From Eledone cirrhosa (lineage: Eukaryota): a stretch of DNA of 64,000 nucleotides. The first letter of the stretch is position 1, and the number at the start of each line of letters is the position of its first letter. The position numbers and the translations under genes are program-made. The stretch covers positions 128,030,001 to 128,094,000 of the forward strand of contig OZ024745.1 of the NCBI GenBank assembly GCA_964016885.1. Direction: 5' to 3'. The notes beneath the pieces were generated by a model. The model made no database searches. It was not told where the DNA came from and worked only from the letters and a program-made list of their open reading frames with translations. Positions 1 to 12,163 of the stretch are shown one piece after another.

Positions 1-788
1 GATCTCGTTGATGATCATCCAGCTCTCCTTACATCCAGATCTGTCAACCGCTCTCTCCACACTTCTGATCTTCTCTATCAGTGCCTCTTCTCTGGCCTCA
101 GTGTAAGCGGTACAGAGTTCTTCCCTCATCACCTCCACAGTCTCCATCCTCTCCTCCGTAGGATCAGCATATAATTGGTCCTTGGCAGCTTTCAGGTGTT
201 CTCTGGCTGCACACACTTTTGGGTTTGCAGAGCTGACGTGCTTCCTTTTGTTCTTTTTCCTCGGGACCAGAGTTTCACTTGCTTCCGCCACTGCACTGGT
301 GAAGTGCCCGTACCTCCTCGTCACACTCTCCCCAGTCCATCCAATCTCTCTCTCCTCTGTCTCTCCACACAGAGCACTGAACCTGTTCCTCACTTCCACT
401 GTGAACCTCTCCTGTAGCATATCATCTTCCTTGAAAGCTCCCCAGTCATAGATTGCTCTCCGGGGCTGAGCCTTGCTCTTTCTTAAGCTCACCCGGACCT
501 CACTCATAACAAGCCGGTGGTCACTACTCAGTGTACTGAAATAGTTGTATGGTTCTGTGTTCAGAACACTATTCCGCCACTTTTTCCTCAACAGAATGAA
601 ATCAATCTGGGACTTGGACAGGTGCATATCTGAGATGTAGGTCCACATCTTCCGTGGATTCTTCCTAAACCTTAGGTTGGTCGCTATCAAGTTCGCCTCC
701 AGCAGGGTGTCTCTCAGTAGTCTTCCATTTCGGTTGGTGTTGTTATGGAAGTACCAGCAAGGATCTTCATTGCCCTCCTTATTCAGAT
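1..788 (-). mobile_element. RTE-clade LINE ORF, C-terminal half of APE endonuclease plus linker; runs off window start
   Basis: Stop-free minus-strand frame translated by hand: LNKEGNEDPCWYFHNNTNRNGRLL...MWTY...KSQIDFILLRKKWRNSV...LSSDHRLV...ESWMIINEI. It has the N-x-NG, QIDF and SDH motifs of LINE APE endonucleases. Absent from the ORF track because it is open at the edge. Confidence 0.9.
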
Positions 789-1628
789 CTGTCTTGGGTA
801 TGACATTAAACTACATCCAGTGGCAAGGCTCCAGTTCGGGAGTTCAGGAGCTGTGGGAAATATGGAGTTACCCCTTAGTTGTCATAACTCCCAGGTCTGT
901 TCTGGCCCGGTGTAGTAGTACCTGTTAGGGCCCCATTTATGGGTTAAATAACTACCTTATTCGAGTGGCGCCGGTAAGGTATTGTCAGCCATTGAAAAGA
1001 AATATGGAGAGTCGATCTAACAGTACTAGGGTTAGAGCCCCTAATTACACTGTCAAGGAGCTGTTTGGTCGTTATGACTCTGCTGGCTTAGAGCCACAGA
1101 GAGGACCAGTGGATGATGGATCAGCTGTCTCTGAGACAAATATAAAGAATGCAGTTTTGTCCTGCAGAACGGTCATCAAAATGGGCACTTTGAATGTGAG
1201 GACTATTCGGACGCTGGAGAAGAGAGAGGAGTTGGGTCATCTGTTCAAGGAGAGTGGTATACAGATACTTGCGATCCAAGAACACAGGATCCTACACGAT
1301 GAGCCCGTGAGGAGTGTGGTGATTGGGAAGAGGAGCCAGCTCATCACCACATCGGCAGTGAGGAACATGACCAATGCTGCAGTGGGAGGAGTGGGTTTTG
1401 TTTTCAGCACAAAAACCAGTCTATTGGTGAGGGAAATAATGCCTGTCTCCCCGCGAGTGTTGAAAGTGACCTTCAATGGAAACCCAAGACTGACAGTCAT
1501 CTCAGCCTATAGTCCAACCGAGGGAGACAGTGATGTGAGTGCAGAAAAGTTCCATGAGGAGGTGTGTAGAGCTGTCAACACCACTCAAGCACATAACACC
1601 CTGCTTGTTTTGGGGGACTTCAATGCAC

Positions 1629-1630
<2 letters not shown>
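789..1630 (+). mobile_element. 5' UTR and N-terminal APE endonuclease of the same LINE, inverted
   Basis: ORF 965-1786: MGTLNVRT, ILAIQEHR, VISAYSPT, LVLGDFNAH. It then runs into (TA)n at 1630; the YIYI tail is microsatellite. Confidence 0.9.
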
Positions 1631-1717
<87 letters not shown>

Positions 1718-1812
1718 TGTATGTGTGCGTGTGTGTGTGTGTACAGAGATAGAGAGAGAATAACAGAAATGCAAATTTCGGGTTAGATGTTAAGGACCTC
1801 TTTATTAACAAA

Positions 1813-1866
1813 GCTGTGATACATATTTCAATGACGTCTTGGCTACATGATCTCATCAGGCAACAA
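1813..1866 (-). ncRNA. Degenerate type I hammerhead-like motif
   Basis: Minus strand: CTGATGA-gatcatgtagccaagacgtcatt-GAAA-tatg-TA, with AATAAA shortly after. Stems I and II pair poorly. Confidence 0.4.
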
Positions 1867-2157
1867 TTTTATGTAATAAGGTTACAGTTCCAAGCAATCC
1901 AATCTAAAGAGATGGGAACGGACAGAAATTATGTTTTCATAACTGAAATCTATTCCCTTTAATATCTACACCGAGCTTCGCCTTTGCTACACAACACCGC
2001 TTACTGTAAGTATATATTATTTATATATAGGCATGGATACAAAAGAAGGAAAAGAGCGCAATGCGGAAGTAGTTTCTATATATGTTAACAATTCTAAGTC
2101 GTTCAGATGCTTTAATATATATATATGTTTTCTATATATTTCATTTATATATATTTC

Positions 2158-2216
<59 letters not shown>

Positions 2217-2254
2217 ATATTAACATATGGAATCTATATTTATAAAACCATATT

Positions 2255-2320
2255 TATTTTATTATACATATTTCAAGGGCCACCAAGGCAAATTATGGTG
2301 CGCTTTCATCAGATAAAATA
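2255..2320 (-). ncRNA. Type I hammerhead ribozyme (Penelope-like, minimal stem III)
   Basis: Minus: tattttat-CTGATGA-aagcgcacca...tggtgggccctt-GAAA-tatgta-TA-ataaaata. 8-bp stem I. Same family as 31289 and 32273. Confidence 0.75.
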
Positions 2321-2409
2321 CAATACAGAATTAGTTTTATAAATAAATATTGACATACCCTGAAAAAAAGACAACCTTAACGGTTGGAGCTTCCTGGATA
2401 TATATATAT

Positions 2410-2578
2410 ATTATTTTTATTTTATAGAAGGAGCTTCTACAGGACTAGTACTGTTTCATTCTGAATGAAACAGTACTAGTCCTGTAGAAGCTCCTTCTAT
2501 AAAATAAAATAAATTTACTCTGCCATGTATTGAGTACCTTACTTACTGTGGTTATCCCCGACTCAACCCGGGAACAAC

Positions 2579-2580
<2 letters not shown>
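2410..2580 (+). mobile_element. Penelope pLTR-like fragment (family B): palindrome of two HHR 3' halves plus tail
   Basis: ~100-bp palindrome centred near 2461, each arm GAAA-cagtactagtcctg-TA-gaag. Tail gtattgagtaccttacttactgtggtt...caacccggg. Flanked by (TA)n. Relatives at 17222-17350, 31918-32105, 36712-36810. Confidence 0.7.
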
Positions 2581-2620
<40 letters not shown>

Positions 2621-2738
2621 AATTTGAAGACTAAAATCCAAAGAGGGCTCGATAAGGAAAATATATATCAAATATATAAGAACCGTAGAGCAAATATTTA
2701 TTAAAATAACAGATTAAAGTTTAAGTGAAAACTAAGGT

Positions 2739-2791
2739 TAGTTTCAGAAGATCCCGTTAAGGGTGAAAGCAGCGATTCTTTGCTTAAACTT
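2739..2791 (+). ncRNA. Hammerhead-like motif with variant core CAGAAGA
   Basis: agttt-CAGAAGA-tcccgttaagggt-GAAA-gcagcgattctttgc-TT-aaact. All three stems form. Identical copy at 57191-57241. Bracketed by inverted repeat 2699-2725/2783-2809. Confidence 0.55.
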
Positions 2792-2801
2792 TAATCTGTT
2801 A

Positions 2802-2843
<42 letters not shown>

Positions 2844-2861
2844 TGTAATAAACAACATAAG

Positions 2862-2926
2862 GCAATTATTCCATTTATCAGTGGTTTCTTAAAAGCAAAA
2901 GATTTTGCTTTCAATCCTCAGAATGA
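2862..2926 (-). ncRNA. Degenerate hammerhead-like motif
   Basis: Minus: CTGAGGA-ttgaaagcaaaatcttttgcttttaa-GAAA-ccactgataaatgg. Long, well-paired stem II and a cca/tgg stem III. Cleavage site and stem I decayed. Confidence 0.45.
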
Positions 2927-3030
2927 AAAAATCCTGGTTTGTTTATTGAATTTGGATTTAAAAAAAACAAAAAATTATATATATATATATATATAAACGG
3001 AAAATATAAACAAAAATTATATATATATAT

Positions 3031-3595
3031 ATAAACGGAAAAAATGAAACGAAATTGCATTTCCCACTCTTAGTACGGCTGTTACTTAAATATAATTATG
3101 TACACGTACATACATATATGTATACAGACGTACAGTAGTATGTATATATATATACATACATGCACACATATATATATATATGTACGTATGGATTCACCGA
3201 ACATTTATTATAATGCTTGGTGTGTTTGTAAACAAACATCCCGTATTAAGCCGTAGTGTATAGCAACCAACGTTGCTCGTTTGTTCAAAACTGACAAAGG
3301 AACGCTGTACTAGTTTCAAGCTTATTAGCTATCGTCAGCAACGTATACCTTCCTGCCAGATTGTTGAACGTATATACTTACCTTATGCATATTAACGGCT
3401 GAGTAGCCCAATTTGCATATCGAGTGGGTTAATCGGCCGGGTGCACCGAAAACGATAAACGGAAAAAATGAAACGAAATTTCATTTCCCACTCTTAGTAC
3501 GGCTGTTACTTAAATATAAGTATGTACACGTACATACATATATGTATACAGACCTACAGTAGTATGTATATATGTATACATACATGCACACAAAT
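3031..3595 (-). mobile_element. Partial tandem (~1.3 copies, period 424 bp) carrying a hammerhead; retrozyme/pLTR-like
   Basis: ~140-bp direct repeat starting at 3031 and 3455, with the HHR at 3302-3344 between them. Flanked by TA-rich microsatellite. Confidence 0.65.
3302..3344 (-). ncRNA. Minimal type I hammerhead ribozyme with palindromic stem III
   Basis: Minus: acgttg-CTGACGA-tagctaataagctt-GAAA-ctag-TA-cagcgt. 6-bp stem I, agct/agct stem II, ACTAGT palindrome as stem III, GUA cleavage triplet. Confidence 0.85.
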
Positions 3596-3722
3596 ATATA
3601 TATATATTTGTATATGTGTATGTATGTATATATAATTAAGCACACTCGTCCAGCATAAAACTCCGGTCAAGGTGAGTCATTGAATCTTCTAAGTTCCAGA
3701 ATAAATATTTGTGTATGTATGT

Positions 3723-3808
<86 letters not shown>

Positions 3809-4624
3809 ATGTGTGAATATGAAGATGTGACTTTTAAGATGGTCCACTTAGAAACCTAGATACAGAGAAAAGGTCAGCACCATTCGTCTGTTTGCTATGT
3901 TCCCTCACTACATACGAAATTCACAAATAAAAGGAGGTAAAAAAATAGGAAGAGGAAACAAATATATAATAAGAAAAATGGAGTTTATTCTTAACTGCTT
4001 TCTGCTTTTCTTTATCGTTACTACGTTAAATATTAATTTGTTTTTTCAAATTGTGAATTATCTAATGCTAGTTTTATTTACTGCAGCAACTGTTCTCTTG
4101 TAAAGACATTCATTTCGTGTAAAGTTGTGAATTATGTCATGCTAATTTTCTCCTGTTAATACCGTGTTCGTTTTAGAGACTACAACTACTTAGACCTGTA
4201 GAGATGTCTTTCGTTTCGGTTTTAAAATGTCTTAGAAACGTCGTATGTCAATATGGCGCCACTACAACCCCTCTCCTTCCCCCCAGGAATTACGGTTCCA
4301 TACATACATTCACTTACGTCTTCTGTACAACATATCCAACCAGCAGGCTGTATCGAAATATGTGTTTGTTTGTTTGTTTGATCAGTCTCTGCTATCTCAA
4401 AGACATCAGGAATAATCCACAATATTTTTCAGTCAATGTTTTATAAGCCAAATATTTGTTTGACCTTTCCGATATTGGAAACTATAATAGTTATTGATGC
4501 AAAATAAACACACATACTGCCCATGTGTCAAGGAAGAAATGTCCTTCATATACGTTAGTTATATTTTGCATTGTTTAGGTCTAATATTAATTCCGTGTGT
4601 AAAACAGTATAGATGCACATTACA

Positions 4625-4835
4625 TTTTTCTGATTTAGGCACAAGGCCAACACATTTTTGAGGAAGGGAAAGTCGATTAAATCGACCCCAGTGCATCAGT
4701 GGTACTTTATTTGTCGACGCCGTTAGGATGAAAGATAGAGTTAACTTCTGCAAGATTTGAAATCAGAACGTAAAGGGCCGTAACTCTATGACACAAAGCA
4801 AGTTGTTCAATGCCCAAGCGATACTGCCAATCCAT
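4625..4835 (-). mobile_element. tRNA-derived SINE, diverged copy
   Basis: Matches the window's main SINE: A-box-like TGGCAGTATCG head, central ctttcatcc...gtcga.aaataaagtacc, 3' ggccttgtgcctaaa. Confidence 0.8.
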
Positions 4836-5229
4836 AGTTCTAGTTAGTGTTCATGCATTTATTGGTATAGTTTGAGTTATATAACAATATAAGAATTATT
4901 CTTTATTAAACTCCGGCGGGATCCTAATTATCAATTACATCGGTTTTGCTTGTAAGTATCTTATTTTGATCTCTGCAATGTTAATATGGTTACATCTTTA
5001 AAATTTCATCTTCGTATTAACTATTTATTCCATCTTACCACCCTGCACCATAAGCCTCTGTTTTCGCCCATGGTGTCGTCGTCGACGTAAACTTTATAGC
5101 TGAAATTAATTAGGCAGAAACTGTGTAGAAACCTATCAGATAGACTGAATCTTTTCTTGGGTGGTAGAATTATATTTACTGTTCGGGTTAACACAAATGT
5201 TTCCCTCGAAACGTCAACACTGAACCATG

Positions 5230-5930
5230 ACTTGTTATCTCAAACCTGTACTGATTCTAGGAGTAGAGAGCGCAAAAATATCCTTCACTGGGTTCCACAG
5301 GTTTTCTGTCTTTCTCAACACAATGATGCCTCACTACACATACAAAAAAAATATTCTTCCCTTCATTCCTTAAACAGAAACAGCTCCTTATTATAACCTT
5401 CCAGTGCACTATAAATACTAGGTCTCTCCTTCATTGAAGATCTCTGCTTGTAAACGTACATACTAAGCCCAACGAAGAGAGAGTCATAAAGGTTATCCCT
5501 CTTTCTCGAGGCCAGAAAATATTTCATCCTACAATTACTTAACCCCCTAAAAAAGCATATGTGAGACCCACGATGAAGTACCATACCCATGCAGCTGCAT
5601 ATACACAGACGTCCTTGATTGTTCCCATAAAAAACAACATAAAACTGACTGTTTGGCACGAATTCTTTCAGAAACACACCCATTCTCTGGTGAGTTTGTT
5701 CTGCATTTTCTACCGCTATTAGAGTGGTCGATGCTCCACTAATCTCGAGCTACTTCAAAACAAACATTACCGACCCACTTATTTCTCCTCTTCCCACTCA
5801 TCCGTATTGCGTACCCCTGAAACCCGAAAAAACTACTAGGTTCTGGCCGTCTTCCTCATAAAACGTCGGCCCCCTGGAAATACCTTCCTACACCATTTTT
5901 TTTCCATCAGCCAGTCACTTCAAACTATTC
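5230..5930 (-). mobile_element. Probable highly decayed LINE ORF2 C-terminal fragment
   Basis: Non-repetitive, purine-rich on minus, with interrupted frames (ORF 5363-5683). Only vague resemblance to post-RT LINE sequence. Confidence 0.25.
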
Positions 5931-6574
5931 AAGAGTGTGAATCTAATCAGTATTGGAGAACCTGCAGTTCATGTGCACACCCCCGTGCTTCATACCACAA
6001 CAGCAACAAGAAAAATATACTTAGAAAAATAATAGAAACAACAAGAAAAACGTGAAATGCATACAAAGAGTTAAACACTAACTGCAGAGGAAGTTGTGCG
6101 ATGGTTGTGATGATTATGGTTATAGCTATGGGGTTGGAGACAAAAGCTGTTAAAAATGAAATTAGTTCATTCTATACAGCAGTAGGATGCAGCGGTAGGG
6201 TGCATTGGTAGTGTGCAGAGGAAGTTTGCAGCGATTGGTGTTTGCGTTGATGAATTAACAAAGAAACAAAGCATACCGCATGTAGTTCTTGCAAAGTAAT
6301 AAAACTGATGTGTACATTAGCGTACGTCATAATTGTAGGTTTGCACCCATCCATCTGTAGAGTGTGGTTTAGTGGGTCTTGTGTTTGTTTACTGTTCTCA
6401 TTAGATTCCTGCTGGTATTATTGTTGCTCTCCATACTGTTATGGTTTTATTGTTTTTGGCTTAGCTAATATCGGAGCCGTAATTGTTGTTGTAATTGGTA
6501 TTGTTCTTGTTCATGCTACTGCTTTTGCTACTGATAATAGTAGAGAGTGATCCTTTTGGAAGTAATATTGATGG

Positions 6575-6930
6575 TGGTAGGCGAATTGGTAGAGTGGTTA
6601 GAACGTTGCATACGATGCTTTGGAGTATTTGTTTCGACTCTCTGCTCTCTGAGTTTAAATTTCCACCGAGGCTAACTTTGCATTTCATTCTTTCAAGATA
6701 GATAATAAAAAATGTACCAGTCTAATACTGGGGTCGATTCTTCCTCTATATCTCTTTCTCACTTCCATCCTCTCATCCTCTCTATCCTTATCTGAAAGAA
6801 ATCTGTTGTATTTAGACCTGGAGAAGAGCTGGTCGTTGCCAAGTTTTTAAAAAATGCCCTAGAAACGCCGTATATCAATTTGGCGTCCCTACGACTCCCT
6901 CTGGAGTTACGCGATCATGTATACCATCCA
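6575..6930 (+). mobile_element. Older tRNA-derived SINE with longer 3' body
   Basis: tRNA-like head, ctgagtttaaat B-box remnant and shared central domain. The 3' body recurs at ~4185-4300 and 51850-52500. Confidence 0.65.
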
Positions 6931-7054
6931 TTGATGGTGGTACGTGTTGTATTGTTGTCAATGATGATGGTGGTTATTTTGTTGGAATAGTCACATATGA
7001 TTTTGGTGTTATTGACAGTTTCAGTGGTGTCGGCGGCTTTAGTGGTGGTGGCAA

Positions 7055-7590
7055 TATAATTGTTTCTACTTTTGGCACAAGGCCTGCAATTACCCAGTAC
7101 ATTACTGGTACCTTATTTTATTGACCCTATAAGGATGGAAGGCAAAGTTAACCTCGACGGGATTTAAACTCAGACCGTAAAGGGACGTAACTATGCTGCA
7201 AAGCATGGCCTCCGACCCTATACCCAAACTGCCAATCCACCGCCCTTTGGTAATATAATGGTTTCTTATATAAGGACAAGGCCAGCAATTTTGAGGGAGG
7301 GGAAAGTCGATTAAATCTACCCCAGTGCGTGACTGGTACTTTATTTTATTGACCCTGTAAGGATGAAAGGCAAAGTTAACCACGGAGGGATTTAAACTCA
7401 GATCATAAAGGGCCGTAACTCTTTGCTGCAAAGAATGGCGTCCGACCTTTTACCCATAATGCCAATCCACCGCCTTTTGGTAATATAATTGTTTCTACTT
7501 TAGGCACAAGGCCAGCAATTACTCAGTACATTACTGGTACTTTATTTTATCGACCCCGTAAGGATGGAAGGCAAAGTCAACCTCGGCGGA
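7055..7590 (-). mobile_element. Head-to-tail array of ~2.5 tRNA-SINE units
   Basis: Three successive ggcacaaggcc...ctggtactttattttat.gacccc...gaaggcaaagt.aacc units. Confidence 0.85.
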
Positions 7591-8039
7591 ATATAATGGT
7601 AGTAAGGATTGCGTCAGTGTTTTTGACAAAGTTATTGGTGTTATTTGTGTTAGTAAAATTTGGATAAACTTAGTTGGTGGTGTTACTAGTGGTATCATTA
7701 GAGATATTGTTAACAGTAGGCATGCTATTTATGTTACTAATGATAATGTTGATGGTAGCTGGATATTCTCAGGTCTCGAATAATCCTCACATTCTCTCCA
7801 CTTATCAATTTTTCAGATATTTTCCAACCCTTCCGCTTAATAAATTTTGTTAATCTATCTCCGACGAAATTTTATATTCATTTTCTATACGTTATAAAAT
7901 AAATACGATGTATATATGGTTGTTTATGAAAATATATACTACATATTTATATACAATAAACGTATAAGAGCCTCACTTGTAAATAAAGAAAATATTTGGT
8001 TCGATATGAAAATATACTTTTCTTTTGCTATTTAAAGAT

Positions 8040-8355
8040 GTCACAGATACAAAAGAGTCTCTCCAACAAATGTTGCTGATACATTATGTAATCCAGGCGA
8101 ATTGAAAGAAGCAGATATAGCTATTTTGAGCATGACGTGAATTCACAATCAAATCACCCTTCTCATTTTGAACTGATACCGGCAAATTTGAAGTAATATG
8201 AACTATTTTTGAAAGTGTTACTCTCACTTTGAACTGATATGTTCTCACTTAGTAATGCAAATGCATTGTGCAATATTGCCTTGTAAGAAGACATATCCGA
8301 TTGTATTTAGTATAGGCAAATAGACTTTGGTTACTCTATCATTATTCACTACATT
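8040..8355 (-). pseudogene. Possible decayed exon of an extracellular beta-sandwich (PKD-like) protein
   Basis: Frameshifted minus pieces YQFKVRVTLS..SNLPVSVQ and SASFNSPGLHNVSATF recall PKD-repeat motifs. Contains stops and frameshifts. Confidence 0.25.
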
Positions 8356-8528
8356 CTTTTAAGAAAAGATACAACGCATGTTTGCATGCATGAACATTTG
8401 TGTGTGTGTGTATACACACACACACACACACACACACATGTTCATGCATACATACATACGTATGTATGTATGTATGTATGTATGTATGTATGTATGTATG
8501 TATGTATGTATGTATGTATGTATGTATG

Positions 8529-9131
8529 TCAGGTCACAAGTTGGTGCTACTGGTAACATGTATCCCAGTACAACCTGTCTCATGGTCGGGTCGTTGGCGA
8601 CTAAACTGGCAACCCCACCAAGGTTTCTTGGTGAGGAGGGTGACTTTGGACATCCTGCAGGACTAAAAACAAAACCTGTCAAAGGGCAAAGGAACTCTTA
8701 AGAGTCAATGGCCATCCAAAATCACCGGGAGAGATGACCCCTTAGCCTTTGTCAATGCAGAATTCTAGAAGAAGGAAAACTCTGATATAACACCTGCAAC
8801 CCTGATGGTATCCAATGATGTTCACTTGTTCTTTTTGGTAAATATCATCTTGGTTAAGAGAGTGGGACTGTCTTTGTGCAGTGCCTTTGCTCACTATAAA
8901 AGCTTCACGGCACAGGCATTGCTTTATATCTGGAGATCTCTCTGCACTTGTCATCACAGGGTACAATGGGCCCAGCACTATGTGTCAGTAATTGTCACAA
9001 TGTAGTGTTGGTACCAGAGTTTTCAAGTCCCTGGCTGGACTAAAAAGTCACACTCGTTCAGCGCATCAGTAGGGGTTCTCCTACATGGATATAAAGTAGT
9101 GGCCGTACTCGAAAACGAGTTGGCAGCCACC
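8529..9131 (+). mobile_element. ~600-bp non-autonomous RTE-related retroelement in (ATGT)n
   Basis: Contains the RTE 5'UTR-like motif ctag.agaaggaaaactctgat and ends gagttggcagccacc(atgt). Near-identical copies at 26910, 46086, 49317. Extra 5' fragment at 9145-9312 and a diverged relative at 9400-9733. Confidence 0.75.
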
Positions 9132-9785
9132 ATGTATATATGTATGTAACTTGTAACCCAGTACAACCTGTCGCATGGTCGGGTTGACGGCGACTAAACC
9201 GGCAACCCCACCAAGTTTACTTGGTGAGGAGAAGGATTTTGGACACCCTGCAGGACAAAAAACAAAACCTGACAAAGGGCAGAAGAACTCACAAACTCAA
9301 CGGCCATCCAAAAGTGTGTAAATATGTATATGCACATGTACATATGTATATATGTATATACATGGGAGCGTGTGTATGTAAATGCGCGGGGACATAGAAA
9401 TAGTCGGGCTGGACACCCGATCGCGCAGTTAAACCACTGGGAGTGAAGGACTCCTAGCCTTTGTCAGAGCATTCTTCTAGGAAAAGGTAACTCAGGAAAC
9501 TGGGATAACTCCGATATAAAACCTGCGGCTCAGTAGTTACCGATGATGTTGATTTTTTCTTCTTTTCGGGTTATAGCTTCTGTCGCTCAGAGAGTGGGAT
9601 TGGCTCAGTGCACAGTCTTTCCTCACTTTAAAAAATATCTTCAATTCACAGCCATTGCACGATATAATTAATTAATAATTATTAATAATGGTATAACGTG
9701 TAATAGCCGTACTCGATAACGAGGGAGCAGCCATCATATATGTATGTATTTATATTTGCATGTATTTGTGCATGAGCGTTTGTAT

Positions 9786-9850
<65 letters not shown>

Positions 9851-10343
9851 GTATCTATGTATGCATATTTGCATGTATGTATGTACGTATGTGTGTACGC
9901 ATGTTTGTATAATTGCCTTTATGAATGTATGCTTACATGTATGTATGTTTCTATCGCTGAGCATGTATGTGTGTGTATGTGTATGTTTCCATCTGCTTAG
10001 TACCACAAAGATATCGCCTGCCATGTGTATATGTAGGTTTCTATAGAGATCGTGGGGTTACCCAGGCGCCAAAAGCTGTATGTACTCTTCGATTGTGTGA
10101 TCTTCAGAAGAAAAAAAGGTAAAAGCTATGTCTGGCACCAGTTTGGCAGCAGGGTATTTTTTTTACATCATTCGTTTTGATTAAACCATATGACCATGCT
10201 GGAGCTCTGCTGTCTGCTACTATGTGACGAGCAGACTGTGTTTATATAATTGTGTCATGTGTTGTGCGAGAATCTGTGAATCTGTGTCTGTGATTCTTTA
10301 ATTAATTTTCAACGATACAGTTGCATCGAGCGAAGCTGTTTCG

Positions 10344-10965
<622 letters not shown>

Positions 10966-11090
10966 GAACTAACACTTGCAGTACTACTGAAACTGCATGT
11001 ATGTGCTACATATATGCATGCATATATAAATACTTAAATACATGCATACATACATACATACATACATACATACATACATACATACATACA

Positions 11091-11121
<31 letters not shown>

Positions 11122-11620
11122 CTCGCAATAACATCTGTTTATCTCATGTAGTTATCATAGACGAAAACAATGTTTTTATCTTCGACATATTTTTTTCTGT
11201 CAGAAATGAAAATTTAAATACGAAAATTGTTAACCATCGACTTCTTTTTATTTAGTTTTGAGAAGTTTTTCGCGTGATAATATAACACCGAATGTCATTT
11301 ATTGGAATCTAGAAGATCGTGAGTTTAATTTATTCGTTTCTGGGATTTTCGTTTAGAGACCAAAGTATTTCGATTCCTGTTATACTAAAGATTTCTCTTT
11401 TTGTTACAGGTAAAATATTATATATTTTATTGAGGAAGAAAGGAAACCTGGAAGGAACTGATCGTCATGTAGGAAATTATCTTTCCATTGCTGATATTAG
11501 TTGCCTGTCGCGACTCCAAGCAGAAAGAGGCGAGAATTGAACTGAAAATGTGTAGAATCGGATCAGATACCACAAAGCATCCCTTCCGAATTTACCTCAC
11601 CCCTTGACTTTTACATTATT

Positions 11621-11646
11621 TATCATCATCATCATCATCATCATCG

Positions 11647-11717
<71 letters not shown>

Positions 11718-11763
11718 TTCTTCTTCTTCTTCTTCTTCTTCTTCTTCTTCTTCTTCTTCTTCA
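11621..11763. repeat. Compound trinucleotide microsatellite (ATC)n(GTC)n(TTC)n
   Basis: Directly visible; adjoins the tail of the Rex3-like fragment. Confidence 0.95.
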
Positions 11764-11940
11764 TCGCCTACTTATTCTTGAGAGGGTCCTGGGGGCAGAG
11801 TCCTCAAACACTCCTTCCAGCGGGTCCTGTCAGAAGCAACCGCCTCTAACTGATCTGGCTGGATACCCAAGCGAGACCAGCCAAGCTCAAGGATGTTATT
11901 CAACCATGTTGCTCGGGGTCTACCCTTAGGTCCCCTGGTA
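11764..11940 (-). mobile_element. 3' end of Rex3/Expander-like RTE LINE, 5'-truncated
   Basis: Minus translation GPKGRPRATWLNNILELGWSRLGIQPDQLEAVASDRTRWKECLRTLPPGPSQE* then (GAA)n. Second copy at 39172-39372. Confidence 0.8.
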
Positions 11941-11954
11941 TAAGATTAGTTACC

Positions 11955-12163
11955 CATTATGTGGGAAGTCATTGCTACTAATCGTATATAACCATCCGAC
12001 TGTCAGTCGTGCTATTAGAATACCAGGAAATTAATGTGACATCCGTTGAAGTGACAACTATATCATACAAACCATCTTTCTCACTTGTAGAAAGACAATC
12101 TTTGACTAACTTATGAACACAATTCTCTCTCTGAGACATGCTAACCACATTATTTATCGAACC
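11955..12163 (-). pseudogene. Possible frameshifted exon resembling the start of a fibrinogen-related domain
   Basis: Acceptor ttttgctttttcag| then ...KLVKDCLSTSEKDGLYDIVV...WYSNSTTD/(shift)GWLYTISS, and a candidate donor tgg|gtaact. Compare FReD pattern P.DC...G.Y.I...YCDM.TDGGGW. Confidence 0.35.

Noticed and set aside
8742-9005. Recurrent 66-80 aa ORFs (also at 27064, 46240, 49471)
   Set aside because: They recur because the repeat is multicopy; both strands give similar short frames with no domain.
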